The translations under genes and the position numbers were made by a program. A model generated the notes under the pieces. That model had not been told where the DNA came from, ran no database searches, and saw nothing but the letters and a program-made list of their open reading frames with translations. Positions 27,344 to 36,711 of a stretch of 64,000 nucleotides of DNA are shown here, one piece after another (positions within the stretch are counted from its first letter, which is position 1; each line of letters opens with the position of its first letter). This stretch comes from an uncultured bacterium (lineage in GTDB: Bacteria; Bacteroidota; Rhodothermia; Rhodothermales; UBA10348), in assembly GCA_943788505.1 (NCBI GenBank), contig CALSQR010000002.1, positions 1,244,161 to 1,308,160 of the forward strand, written 5' to 3'.

Positions 27344-29122
27344 TCAGCTGTGGCGCAACGATTTTATTGGATTGGCACGTGCTGCAGTGATCGACTGATA
27401 GGCAACGGTTAACCATGCAATGGCAAGCGCTAATAAACCGGCCAAAGCAAAGGACATGATGCTCAATTCAGTCCGATATACAAACCCGTCCAGCCACTTG
27501 GTCATGCCAAAATAACCAGCGGGGATGGCCAATACGAGGGCTATCAGGACCAATCGCGTAAAATCTTTTGAAAGCATCAACGCGATTTCACGCACGCTGG
27601 CTCCAAGAGCTTTCCGGACGCCGATTTCGCGTGTTCGCTGCTCGGTAACGAAAAATCCGAGACCGAAGAGGCCGAGACTGGCAATCACGATAGCAAAGAG
27701 GGAGAATCCAGCGAACAGCTCGCCAAGTCTTTTGTCCGAGGCCGCGAGGTTGTCGTAGGTATCATTGAGGAATGTCAAACTGATGGGCGTTTCAGGACGG
27801 AAGGTCGTCCAAGTTTCCCTGATGTGATTCAGGGACGCTTCAATATCATTACCAGTAACCCGAATTAGGATATTGGCTGGAGTGAAGTTGGCGAATTGAT
27901 AAACCGCACCTCCAATTTCATTCCGGAAAGACATGAAATGGTAGTCCTCGATGACCCCCACTACCTCACTCATCCCGACGGTAATGTCATTGCCATCCAA
28001 CCGGTCCATGCCTGTAAGCAGCTTACCGACTCCACTGTCCCAGCCGAGACGTCTCATGGCGGCCTGATTGATCATGTACGCTGAACTATCTGAAGGGAAA
28101 TCCGGAGAAAAATGGCGGCCTTCGGCCATCGTAATGCCCATGGCTTCGACAAACCCTTCGTCGATAAAGATAGGTGCGAAGAGATACGGATGATCGGGTG
28201 TTCCACCTTCTGGTACGTATCCTGAGCCCCCATGAATTTCCCCTGGAATACTGTTAGCAGCACCAACGGCGACAATATTCGAGTTGGACTTGAGCTCTTG
28301 TTTGAATGCGTCAAACTGGCTGTCTAGTTCGAAACCACGAGAGACTACAATAACGTGTTCTTTGTCGAACCCGAGGCGCTTGTTCTGTATGTAGTTGAGT
28401 TGGTCTTGCACGACAAACGTGCCAATCAACAAGCAGATCGAGATACCAAACTGAAACACCACAAGCGTATTGCGCAATTTTGACCTGCTGCCGGCTGAGA
28501 AGGTCTCAGACTTCAAGACGATAGCTGGATCAAATGACGCCAGATACAGAGCCGGATATAACCCGGCAACTAGGCTGACGAGAATTGCTCCAATCAGCAG
28601 GTAGCCTAAGAACCCCGGTGTTATGAGCGAAGAGATCGTGAGTTGAAGTCCAGCGATCGCATTAAAGGTGGGTAAGGCAAGCCAAACGAACCCTGCAGCC
28701 AGGATTAAGGCCAATACCGTCATAAATGCCGATTCGAAAAGGAATTGGACAACTAGTTGACCACGATCAGATCCAACCGCTTTGCGCACGCCAATTTCCC
28801 GAGCGCGAGTCGCCGACCTGGCTGTAGCCAAGTTCATGAAATTGATACAGGCCAAAAATAAAATGAAAATGGCTATGGCGCTGAAGAGCAGCACATAGGT
28901 CATACTTCCCGATGTCTGAATATCGATGTCGAATTCCGATCCGAGATGGATATCGAGCAATGGCTGCAGGTCGTAGGCAATAATATTACCACCATCCACA
29001 AATTGCTGATACGATATGCCCATGGCCGCCATGCCAATTGCGAGACCAAATAAGTTTATGAGTGCATACCCGGTATGCTTACGCATAGATCGGATAGCAA
29101 TGGAGATGTAGTTCTTGAACAT
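27344..29122 (-). CDS. ABC transporter permease, tandem FtsX/MacB type, lacking the first periplasmic domain
   Basis: 592 aa. It has the typical N-terminus MFKNYISIAIRSMRKH and two FtsX modules (CINFMNLATARSATRAREIGVRKAVGS and TEQRTREIGVRKALGAS). Only about 35 aa separate TM1 from the first FtsX module, where roughly 200-230 aa are usual. Confidence 0.85.
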   Translation of the reverse strand: MFKNYISIAIRSMRKHTGYALINLFGLAIGMAAMGISYQQFVDGGNIIAYDLQPLLDIHLGSEFDIDIQTSGSMTYVLLFSAIAIFILFLACINFMNLATARSATRAREIGVRKAVGSDRGQLVVQFLFESAFMTVLALILAAGFVWLALPTFNAIAGLQLTISSLITPGFLGYLLIGAILVSLVAGLYPALYLASFDPAIVLKSETFSAGSRSKLRNTLVVFQFGISICLLIGTFVVQDQLNYIQNKRLGFDKEHVIVVSRGFELDSQFDAFKQELKSNSNIVAVGAANSIPGEIHGGSGYVPEGGTPDHPYLFAPIFIDEGFVEAMGITMAEGRHFSPDFPSDSSAYMINQAAMRRLGWDSGVGKLLTGMDRLDGNDITVGMSEVVGVIEDYHFMSFRNEIGGAVYQFANFTPANILIRVTGNDIEASLNHIRETWTTFRPETPISLTFLNDTYDNLAASDKRLGELFAGFSLFAIVIASLGLFGLGFFVTEQRTREIGVRKALGASVREIALMLSKDFTRLVLIALVLAIPAGYFGMTKWLDGFVYRTELSIMSFALAGLLALAIAWLTVAYQSITAARANPIKSLRHS

Positions 29123-29234
29123 TCGACTGCTGGCAGGGTAGATTGGCGAGTCGTTCCTCTAACGTGGTCCACGTTATTGATGTTACGGATCGACTCCGTT
29201 TGAATTCCTTGTACTACAGAGACCTCCCTTCGGC

Positions 29235-30404
29235 ATGAATCGTTTGCCCATTGTCCCTTTTCTATTGTTGACCGTGTTATTTGCTGGGTGTGCTTCCACG
29301 CCCTCCCTTGTGGACGTGTCGCCACCACCTAATACGGCCTCACCCCTTGCTGGATATTCGTACGTAGAAGCCACAGGAGGGTTGATAAAACTAGTTGGGC
29401 CCAGTACTGCTGAGGTGTCATTTTCGGTTTCAGGCCCGATAGAGTTTTCGTCGATGGCGCCCAATGGAGAGTCAAGCCTCGTGGCTATCGGCGGGTCACT
29501 CGTATATGTAGGCCGCGCATCGGGCACCATGGGCTTAATCCACGAAGGACCCAGCAGTCTTCAATTCACTGCTGCTTGGTCGTCTTCGAGTGAAATGGTC
29601 GCTTTTGGCTTCTATGAGCCAGCTGGTAATGGTATGGGCCCTGGTGGTATCCATCTTTACGACCCAGCAACCGGAGAAATCTCTGATGTAGGATGTTCTG
29701 CATCGAAGGCTGTTCTCTCAATGCTCCCGGATGGATCTCTTCTGGTACGCAATGCGGATAATCTGTATCAGGTTTCGGCTGAAGGATGCAACACAATTCG
29801 CTCGGTTGATGCCCGCAAATTGTACCACGTCACATCGTCGCCGGACGGGAAGCGATTAGCCTACGTTCTTCGGGACCTTGTTTTTAATCGCGATACACGA
29901 GCGTACGACCCAGACTCCACTCTGTACATCGAATCCACGTCAGGATCTGACCCGATAAAAGTCATCGGGGATAAGTATTCCCCACGAAACGTCGTGTGGT
30001 CACCCGACGGAAGTGAGTTGATGTATGACGTGCAACCACCAGAAGCCGAGGGCATTCGGGCCATTTCGATCTATTCGATCTCCGATGCTCGTTCTTCTTA
30101 TCTACTACCGCCTGGAAGCGTATCTGCCACCAACGCCGTGTTTTCTCCTGATGGCCGTCACGTGATCTATCGCAGTATGGCTACTGATGGGGTGGGTGAC
30201 TGGATGATCAAGACGGAGGGCGTCCAGTTTTCGCAGACACTTCCACTTGATGCATTGGACCCGCACGCTATTAGTTGGATCGATTCGAACACGTTCTTGA
30301 TTCCATCCGTGGCAAGTCAGAGTCAGATGGTCAAGATGGCTTCCGGAACGCCGCAAGTGGAAGTGCTGGAAGAGACGCTAATTGCCGTCTGGCCTAGTCG
30401 CTAA
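29235..30404 (+). CDS. Lipoprotein with TolB/PD40-like beta-propeller repeats
   Basis: 389 aa with lipobox LFAGCAS. PD40-type repeats are present (SSPDGKRLAYV, WSPDGSELMYD, FSPDGRHVIYRS). Confidence 0.7.
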   Translation: MNRLPIVPFLLLTVLFAGCASTPSLVDVSPPPNTASPLAGYSYVEATGGLIKLVGPSTAEVSFSVSGPIEFSSMAPNGESSLVAIGGSLVYVGRASGTMGLIHEGPSSLQFTAAWSSSSEMVAFGFYEPAGNGMGPGGIHLYDPATGEISDVGCSASKAVLSMLPDGSLLVRNADNLYQVSAEGCNTIRSVDARKLYHVTSSPDGKRLAYVLRDLVFNRDTRAYDPDSTLYIESTSGSDPIKVIGDKYSPRNVVWSPDGSELMYDVQPPEAEGIRAISIYSISDARSSYLLPPGSVSATNAVFSPDGRHVIYRSMATDGVGDWMIKTEGVQFSQTLPLDALDPHAISWIDSNTFLIPSVASQSQMVKMASGTPQVEVLEETLIAVWPSR

Positions 30405-30411
30405 GAAACCG

Positions 30412-32730
30412 TCAGCCCAGCTTCTCTTGCAACAACGCCCTGACTGTTTGGGGATTGGCAGCTCCGCCTGTCTGTTGCATGACCTGGCCCATAAAGAAGC
30501 CAATTAGGCCCTTCTTTCCTTCACGATACGCTTGGACTCTGTCAGGATGTGCTTCCAGAACATCATCCGCCAGTGCGCCTAGTTCGTCGGTATCGGAAAT
30601 CTGACGTAATCCGCGCTCGTCAACAATCTCAGAAGCTGATTTCCCTGTTTCAATCATTGCCTCGAGGACCTCTCGTGCCATGGAACTGGAAAGTGTTTTA
30701 TCCGCATGCAGCGCAACGAGTTCTGAAAATATTGTTGGCCCAAATTTGAGAGCTTCAATGCCTCCAGCGGGCAACAATGGTCTCAGTTCGTGTATGAGCC
30801 AGTTGGCTACACCGACAGGATTCGAACCGGAAGCTGCTTCGAAGAAGTTCAATACATGGCCTCGAGCGGCTAAAAATGCAGCATCGTCTAAGCTTAGGCC
30901 GTAATCAGCCTCAAGCTTTCGTGCGCGGGCCACGGTCTCTTCCGTCAATCCTTCGAGTGGATCGACTTTTTCCTGGGGCACACTCGGGTGTGTCTTAGCC
31001 GAATCTGTCTTCGATTTCGAAGGAATAGCCGGCTCTTTCTGTTTACCCCACGAGTCCCGTAACGCAACCGTTCGGTTCCAGACGCGGTTGCCCTGCTCAA
31101 ACTCGACCGGATCGAGATAGAAATACCCCTGGCGCTCAAACTGGTACCACGTTTCTGGCTCGTCGTTAGCTGCACTTGGCTCAATAATGGCCTGAATGGT
31201 GCGCAGGCTGTCCGGGTTCAAGTGGTCAATGAACGTCTGGCCTTCTTCAACATCATCCGGATTGGCGACGCGGAAAAGCCGATCGTACAGGCGCACATCT
31301 ACCGCCTTGCCGTGCTCAGCGGAGACCCAGTGGATGGTGCCCTTTACTCGCCGGTCTGATGATTCACCTGATCGAGTATCGGAGTCATGGGAGCAGCGAA
31401 GTTCGATCACCTTACCGGTAGCATCTTTAATCACTTCATCGCATCGAATTATGTATCCGTAACGGAGGCGGACCTCATGGCCAGGACTAAGTCGATGGAA
31501 TTTCTTGGGCGGGTCTTCCATGAAGTCGCCTCGCTCGATCCAAATCTCTCGGGTAAGCGGTACGGTTCGGAATCCTTCTTTGGGCACGTCATGTGGCCAA
31601 TAAGGGGCTTCCAGATCCTCGGTACGACCTTCCTCGAACGTGGTCAAGACCACTTTTAATGGGTCTAGCACACACATTACGCGTGGCGCTTTCGTGTTAA
31701 GATCATCACGAACGGCAAACTCCAGCATAGCGAAATCGACCCGGTTGTCGGCTTTCGCCACCCCGATCATGTCACAGAATCGACGAAGAGATTCTGGAGT
31801 GTACCCACGACGACGCATACCGGATAGCGTCGACATGCGGGGATCATCCCAGCCAGTCACGTTGCCTTCTTTCACGAGCGTGAGAAGCTTACGCTTGCTC
31901 ATAACCATGAAGTCCAAATTCAAACGGGCAGATTCATACTGGTGAGGGCGCGGGGCATCAAAAAGATTGTCAACTAACCAGTCGTACAACGGGCGGTGAA
32001 CGTCGAACTCAAGGGTGCAAAGCGAATGAGTTATTCCCTCAATTGCGTCCGAAAGAGGATGTGCGAAATCGTAGAGCGGATAGATGGGCCACTCGTCGCC
32101 GCGGCGATAATGCGAAGCTTTTTTAATGCGGTACACCACTGGATCTCGCATTAGCATATTCGGAGACGACATGTCAATTTTGGCCCTGAGTACGTGGGCT
32201 CCGTCATCGAATGCCCCTTCTCGCATGCGGCGGAAAAGATCGATGTTTTCTTCTACAGAACGAGTTCTGAACGGGCTGTCAGTGCCAGCCTCTGTGACAG
32301 TACCACGTGTTGCGCGGATTTCGTCACCCGTCTGGCTATCAACATAGGCTTTCCCATCCCGGATCAGTCGCACTGCAAGATCATACAGCTGCTCGAAATA
32401 GTCCGACGCATAAAATTCGTTTTCTCCCCAGTCAAACCCGAGCCAGTTGATATCCCTTTTCATCGCGCGGACGTACTCCATGTCCTCGGTTTCGGGATTA
32501 GTATCGTCAAAGCGAAGGTGACACCGACCTTTGTATTCCGCCGCAAGGGAGAAATTGAGACAAATCGCCTTGGCGTGTCCAATATGCGGGTAGCCGTTAG
32601 GCTCAGGTGGGAAGCGCGTGACGATGTCGCCACGTACGCGACCTTTCTTCAGATCATTATCGATGATCTGCTGAATAAAGTGCCTACTTTCTCGGGAAGT
32701 CGTGCTTCCGCTGGAATCGTTGGAGCTCAA
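30412..32730 (-). CDS. glnS: Glutamine--tRNA ligase with a C-terminal YqeY/GatB-like domain
   Basis: 772 aa with a class I core (RFPPEPNGYPHIGHAKAICLNF and VMSKRK as the KMSKS motif). After about aa 600 comes a GatB_YqeY-type tail (ANWLIHELRPLL...LEAHPDRVQAYREGKKGLIGFFMGQVMQQTGGAANPQTVRALLQEKL). Confidence 0.95.
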   Translation of the reverse strand: MSSNDSSGSTTSRESRHFIQQIIDNDLKKGRVRGDIVTRFPPEPNGYPHIGHAKAICLNFSLAAEYKGRCHLRFDDTNPETEDMEYVRAMKRDINWLGFDWGENEFYASDYFEQLYDLAVRLIRDGKAYVDSQTGDEIRATRGTVTEAGTDSPFRTRSVEENIDLFRRMREGAFDDGAHVLRAKIDMSSPNMLMRDPVVYRIKKASHYRRGDEWPIYPLYDFAHPLSDAIEGITHSLCTLEFDVHRPLYDWLVDNLFDAPRPHQYESARLNLDFMVMSKRKLLTLVKEGNVTGWDDPRMSTLSGMRRRGYTPESLRRFCDMIGVAKADNRVDFAMLEFAVRDDLNTKAPRVMCVLDPLKVVLTTFEEGRTEDLEAPYWPHDVPKEGFRTVPLTREIWIERGDFMEDPPKKFHRLSPGHEVRLRYGYIIRCDEVIKDATGKVIELRCSHDSDTRSGESSDRRVKGTIHWVSAEHGKAVDVRLYDRLFRVANPDDVEEGQTFIDHLNPDSLRTIQAIIEPSAANDEPETWYQFERQGYFYLDPVEFEQGNRVWNRTVALRDSWGKQKEPAIPSKSKTDSAKTHPSVPQEKVDPLEGLTEETVARARKLEADYGLSLDDAAFLAARGHVLNFFEAASGSNPVGVANWLIHELRPLLPAGGIEALKFGPTIFSELVALHADKTLSSSMAREVLEAMIETGKSASEIVDERGLRQISDTDELGALADDVLEAHPDRVQAYREGKKGLIGFFMGQVMQQTGGAANPQTVRALLQEKLG

Positions 32731-32890
32731 GGCCTTGCCGTATGATTATCGCAAAGGATCGTTGGGTAGGGAACCGCCATATCCGTGGACCCATTGCCCG
32801 GTTTGGAGGAACTCTTCGTGCTTACGCTTCCGAAACTAAAAAAATCCCCTACCGTGTACTCACTCCCCGCTTGACCTGCACGAGAATTCC

Positions 32891-33412
32891 ATGACGATAC
32901 ACGCACGCACCGAGCGTCTCATTTTACGGGACTGGTCCATTGACGATGTCGACTCCTATGCGTAGATAGTCGCTGATCCTGACGTCATGCGTCACATTGG
33001 TAATGGAAAAACCAGGGATCGGGACCATGCTGATGAGTTTGTTCGAACCATGATCAAGCATCAGACCTCGCGTGGTTGGATGCGTTTTGCTGTCGAACAC
33101 AGCCAGTCGGGCGAGTTTATGGGGTTTGCTGGGTTTGACGATAAGAATGGGCTACTCGATTTCGGTTGGCGACTTGGGCAAGCCTTCTGGGGCGGCGGAT
33201 ATGGCTTCGAAGCGAGTGCTGCTGCCCTCTGGGTTGGGCAAAAGACGTTTTCACTTGAAAAAATCACGGCCCAGTCCTACCCAGAAAATGTGGGCTCCAT
33301 CCGGCTAATGAAGAAGATGGGGATGAGCCAAATTGGTGCATCAGAAGCGTTCGGAAGACCATTGGTAGTGTATGGCTTCTCTGCCGAATGGCCGGATGGC
33401 TTTCCAGGCTGA
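32891..33412 (+). pseudogene. GNAT (RimJ/RimL-like) N-acetyltransferase interrupted by an in-frame TAG
   Basis: The ATG at 32891 gives MTIHARTERLILRDWSIDDVDSYA, then TAG at 32963..32965. The same frame continues IVADPDVMRHIGNG into the track ORF 32987..33412, which holds the acetyl-CoA motif region (WGGGYGFEASAAAL). The upstream piece is the normal GNAT N-terminus. Confidence 0.7.
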
Positions 33413-33457
33413 TTTCACAGGCGATGCCTCTAGAGTTCGGAGAGATTACCTCGTATG

Positions 33458-33495
33458 ACAAGGGCGCCGGAGCGAAATCGCTCCGGCGCCCTTGT
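33458..33495. terminator. Bidirectional intrinsic terminator hairpin between convergent genes
   Basis: A perfect 17-bp stem pairs ACAAGGGCGCCGGAGCG with CGCTCCGGCGCCCTTGT around the loop AAAT. It lies between the stops at 33412 (+) and 33518 (-). Confidence 0.7.
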
Positions 33496-33517
33496 GTCCA
33501 CACACATTTAGGTTCAG

Positions 33518-34645
33518 TTATCGACCCTCCCTCAGGATCACGTCGCCGTTTACGGTGCGAATAATAATTTTATTGGCACCGTTTCCTGTACGGCCGGTTG
33601 CCACTACTTCCCGCGAGCTGCGCCAGCGACGTTCGGACGACGACGACTCCGTCTCAATGTCCAGTTCGAAATCGGAGATGATTTCGAACTCGTCCCCGTC
33701 ATCATCATCGGAAAGCTGGATTTCAACTTCGATGTCCATCGCCAGTCCGCTTGGCACGGTTAGCTCTATCGTTCCACCCATGGATTCAAGCTCCACGTGA
33801 CGATCACCATCGGTGCCGCCAACCATCGTGACTTTGATGTCACCACCCATCGTGTTGGCTTCAATCCAACCATTGATTTCGGCGACGTCAATATCACCAC
33901 CCATCGTGGTTGCCTTGACAAATTCGGCAGCCCGATTTATGGTAATATCTCCTCCCATCGTATGGACGTCAGCGCCGTAAAGTGCCTCATCTACATCGAC
34001 ATCACCGCCCATAGTGCTGATGCTTACTTCGTCCTTGGCTCCGCTGCGGTTGGAGCGAACGTTGTTGTACGTGACGTCGCCGCCCATTGTCGTACCGTTG
34101 ATATTACCAGTCACATTGGAAATTGTGACGTCACCTCCCATTGTATGCAGCGTTCCATCTACTTCTGAGTCGGTCAATTCGATATCTCCACCCATGGTGG
34201 ACATATCGACTTCACCGCGCAGTCCATCAAGCGTAAGATCGCCGCCCATGCTTGATCCTTCGATTCGTCCGGTGATACCACTAACATCGATGTCTCCACC
34301 CGTCGTAGAAATTTCCAGATTGAACTCGCTAGGGACATTGATTTCCATGTCAACATCGGCGTTGGAACTACGCGATTCGTATTCACTGAATACTTCGATG
34401 GCCCGAGAGGTCTGATCGAACTCTACAATGACTTCATCAGCATCCCTGCCGTCGACGGAAACCGAGACCTCAACTTCTGAGCGATCCCACCCGCGAATAG
34501 TTATTGTTCCCCCTGTTTCTAGGTCGAGAACCAATTTCCCTCCGGAGGAGGCGTCGAACGTTCGGTGCAAATCCTGAGCCTGCGTTCCAGAAACCACTGC
34601 AAGAAGCAGAGCGGAAACGAACAGGGAGCGGAATACAGCTTTCAT
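33518..34645 (-). CDS. DUF4097-type beta-helix repeat protein (putative adhesin), secreted
   Basis: 375 aa with signal peptide MKAVFRSLFVSALLLAVVSGTQAQ. About ten roughly 20-aa repeats are centred on (S/T)MGGD(I/V), followed by an acidic C-terminal region. Confidence 0.8.
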   Translation of the reverse strand: MKAVFRSLFVSALLLAVVSGTQAQDLHRTFDASSGGKLVLDLETGGTITIRGWDRSEVEVSVSVDGRDADEVIVEFDQTSRAIEVFSEYESRSSNADVDMEINVPSEFNLEISTTGGDIDVSGITGRIEGSSMGGDLTLDGLRGEVDMSTMGGDIELTDSEVDGTLHTMGGDVTISNVTGNINGTTMGGDVTYNNVRSNRSGAKDEVSISTMGGDVDVDEALYGADVHTMGGDITINRAAEFVKATTMGGDIDVAEINGWIEANTMGGDIKVTMVGGTDGDRHVELESMGGTIELTVPSGLAMDIEVEIQLSDDDDGDEFEIISDFELDIETESSSSERRWRSSREVVATGRTGNGANKIIIRTVNGDVILREGR

Positions 34646-34818
34646 TTATTTCTTGTCTCGCGTCGGTCATTCATCCTGGAAGTGCAGCCTGAACTCGACG
34701 CATGGTGTTTGTGTCAGTACCGCTTTGACAATAGCTTTTGCAGAAAGGTTGGCATCGCGCACTGAAGTTTGTGTACGGGTACATTTTAATCCCGTTTCAG
34801 CCTCACGTTATTCCTGTT

Positions 34819-35613
34819 TTAATCTCGGGTTATGATGCGCGGTAATAGGAAACGGACGAGAGCAGGTGATATCCGCTCCAACCATGGTGCAAATCGCTCC
34901 ATGCCTCCGATATATGCTACCGCCCGTCGTTTTTTTATAGCTTTGGCGGCTTTTCTAGCGAATACGTCTGAGGACATCGCATCGCGATGCGCATCGTCCA
35001 TAGCGCCATGGGGTGTTCCGTCACCTAGGACGGAATGGAAGCTGATTTCCGTTTTGATATATCCGGCGCACAAGAGAGTTATGTCGATGTCCGCAGTGTA
35101 CAATTCTGCCCTTAGTCCCTCGAACCAACCATGCAGCGCGTGTTTTGAGGCGGCGTAGGTAGCTCGTCGAGGCGTGGAAAGCTTGCCCATAATGCTCGTA
35201 ATAACGACGAACTGCCCTGAATTTTGTGCTTGGAAGTGAGGAAGCACGGCGCGTGCTGGCATAGTCTGCCCAAAGAAATTCACCTCCATCAGGCGGCGAT
35301 GTATCTCTGCTGAGGTTTCCGCCACACTAACTCGCTGTCCGATACCGGCATTCAAAACGACGACATCCAGTCTTCCCATTTCGTCCAAAATGAACGACGG
35401 TGCAGAAAAAACAGCCTTTTCATCGGTTACATCGAGTGGGAGAACGAAATGCTGATCTGGTTTAGCACATAGGGCTCTCGTCTCATGTAGCCGAGCCTCG
35501 TTGCGGGCTGAAAGCACTATACGAGCGCCTTGAGCGGCTAGCTCGATAGCCAAGGCTTTTCCGATTCCAGATGAAGCACCGGTAATCCAAACGACTTGTT
35601 CTGAAAAAGACAT
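34819..35613 (-). CDS. SDR-family oxidoreductase
   Basis: I prefer the ATG at 35613 (MSFSEQVVWITGASSGIGKA). It also has NAGIG and a catalytic YAASKHAL. The track start at 35673 would run through the terminator hairpin. Confidence 0.9.
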   Translation of the reverse strand: MSFSEQVVWITGASSGIGKALAIELAAQGARIVLSARNEARLHETRALCAKPDQHFVLPLDVTDEKAVFSAPSFILDEMGRLDVVVLNAGIGQRVSVAETSAEIHRRLMEVNFFGQTMPARAVLPHFQAQNSGQFVVITSIMGKLSTPRRATYAASKHALHGWFEGLRAELYTADIDITLLCAGYIKTEISFHSVLGDGTPHGAMDDAHRDAMSSDVFARKAAKAIKKRRAVAYIGGMERFAPWLERISPALVRFLLPRIITRD

Positions 35614-35642
35614 AGATAGGGAGGTTGATATATCAATTTCCA

Positions 35643-35683
35643 AAAATACACGAGCGGGAGGCTGCATGCGCAACCTCCCGCTC
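35643..35683 (-). terminator. Intrinsic terminator after the adaptor/ATPase operon
   Basis: A 10-bp stem pairs GAGCGGGAGG (35652..35661) with CCTCCCGCTC (35674..35683). On the minus strand it is followed by UAUUUUUG. Confidence 0.6.
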
Positions 35684-35710
35684 AGGAGTCAAAAGAGAAT
35701 GTTTTGAGCT

Positions 35711-35821
35711 TCACGACGAATCGTCATCGTATCCATTGATTTTTGAACGCAGGAAGGCGAAGCGACCACCAATATCCTGTCCTCCTTGTGTCCAATCAAA
35801 GGATGCAACGCGGTAATTCAT
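35711..35821 (-). CDS. Possible 36-aa peptide gene between the ABC ATPase and the terminator
   Basis: Hand translation gives MNYRVASFDWTQGGQDIGGRFAFLRSKINGYDDDSS. The ATG is 18 nt after the ATPase stop and the ORF ends 30 nt before the hairpin. There is no homology evidence. Confidence 0.25.
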   Translation of the reverse strand: MNYRVASFDWTQGGQDIGGRFAFLRSKINGYDDDSS

Positions 35822-35839
35822 GAGTTAGGGCGTTGTTAC

Positions 35840-36550
35840 TCAAGCACCAAGAGCATCAGCGTGAAGATATTTCTTCTCGATCACGTTCTCCGTAACGACA
35901 TGGCCGTCGAAGAGATGTATGACTCGGTGGCTGTACTCCGCATCGGCAGGCGAGTGCGTCACCATGACGATCGTCGTTCCTGCCTCGTTGAGGTGAGTGA
36001 GGAGGTTCATTACTTCCTCTCCATGTGTTGAATCCAGGTTACCCGTAGGTTCATCAGCAAGGATCAGTTTAGGACCTGCCACGACGGCTCGGGCGATTGC
36101 AACACGCTGCTGCTGACCACCTGAGAGCTGCTGAGGAAAGTGTGTCGAGCGGTGCAGAATCTGAACGGAGTCCAGTGCGGCGCTGACACGCTCCCTACGC
36201 TCTTCGGACGGCATACCGAGGTAGAGAAGCGGCAGCTCTACATTTTCATATACGTTCAATTCGTCGATGAGATTGAAGCTCTGGAACACGAATCCGATGT
36301 TGCCTTTTCGAAGCTGTGCGCGCTGGCGCTCACTGAGGCGGGATACTTCGGTATCGAGAAACCAGTACTCTCCGTCGGTCGGGTTGTCCAATAGGCCCAT
36401 GATGTTGAGCAAGGTGGACTTTCCGCAACCGGACGGACCCATTATGGAGACAAATTCTCCTTCCTTAATTTCAATATTGACGCTGTTGAGGGCGATCGTT
36501 TCGACCTCTTCCGTCATATATGATTTTTTAAGACTGTTTGCTTTAATCAT
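35840..36550 (-). CDS. ABC transporter ATP-binding protein (MacB/LolD-type ATPase)
   Basis: 236 aa with Walker [10 protein letters not shown], signature [14 protein letters not shown], Walker [13 protein letters not shown] and an H-loop VTHS. Confidence 0.95.
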   Translation of the reverse strand: MIKANSLKKSYMTEEVETIALNSVNIEIKEGEFVSIMGPSGCGKSTLLNIMGLLDNPTDGEYWFLDTEVSRLSERQRAQLRKGNIGFVFQSFNLIDELNVYENVELPLLYLGMPSEERRERVSAALDSVQILHRSTHFPQQLSGGQQQRVAIARAVVAGPKLILADEPTGNLDSTHGEEVMNLLTHLNEAGTTIVMVTHSPADAEYSHRVIHLFDGHVVTENVIEKKYLHADALGA

Positions 36551-36711
36551 GATCTATCGTCCCTTTTCAAGGGTTCTGGATGGCGTTAATCGGTGGTGCG
36601 TACTGACTTGCTCGGGCCGGAATTCAGAAAGGCGAACCGCCTTGAAGTCTCCGGTATATCGCATAGACAGCGGGTTTGGTTACAAGGTTGGCATGAATTT
36701 GCCAGATTGCC

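Noticed and set aside
32194-32745. 183-aa plus-strand ORF
   Set aside because: It is antisense to the catalytic core of glnS.
36551-36711. 161-bp gap between the adaptor and ATPase genes, with an AAGGCG-GTT-CGCCTT hairpin and an 11-codon ORF
   Set aside because: The hairpin is short (6 bp) with a weak U-tract and the ORF is trivial. It is probably just an intercistronic spacer.
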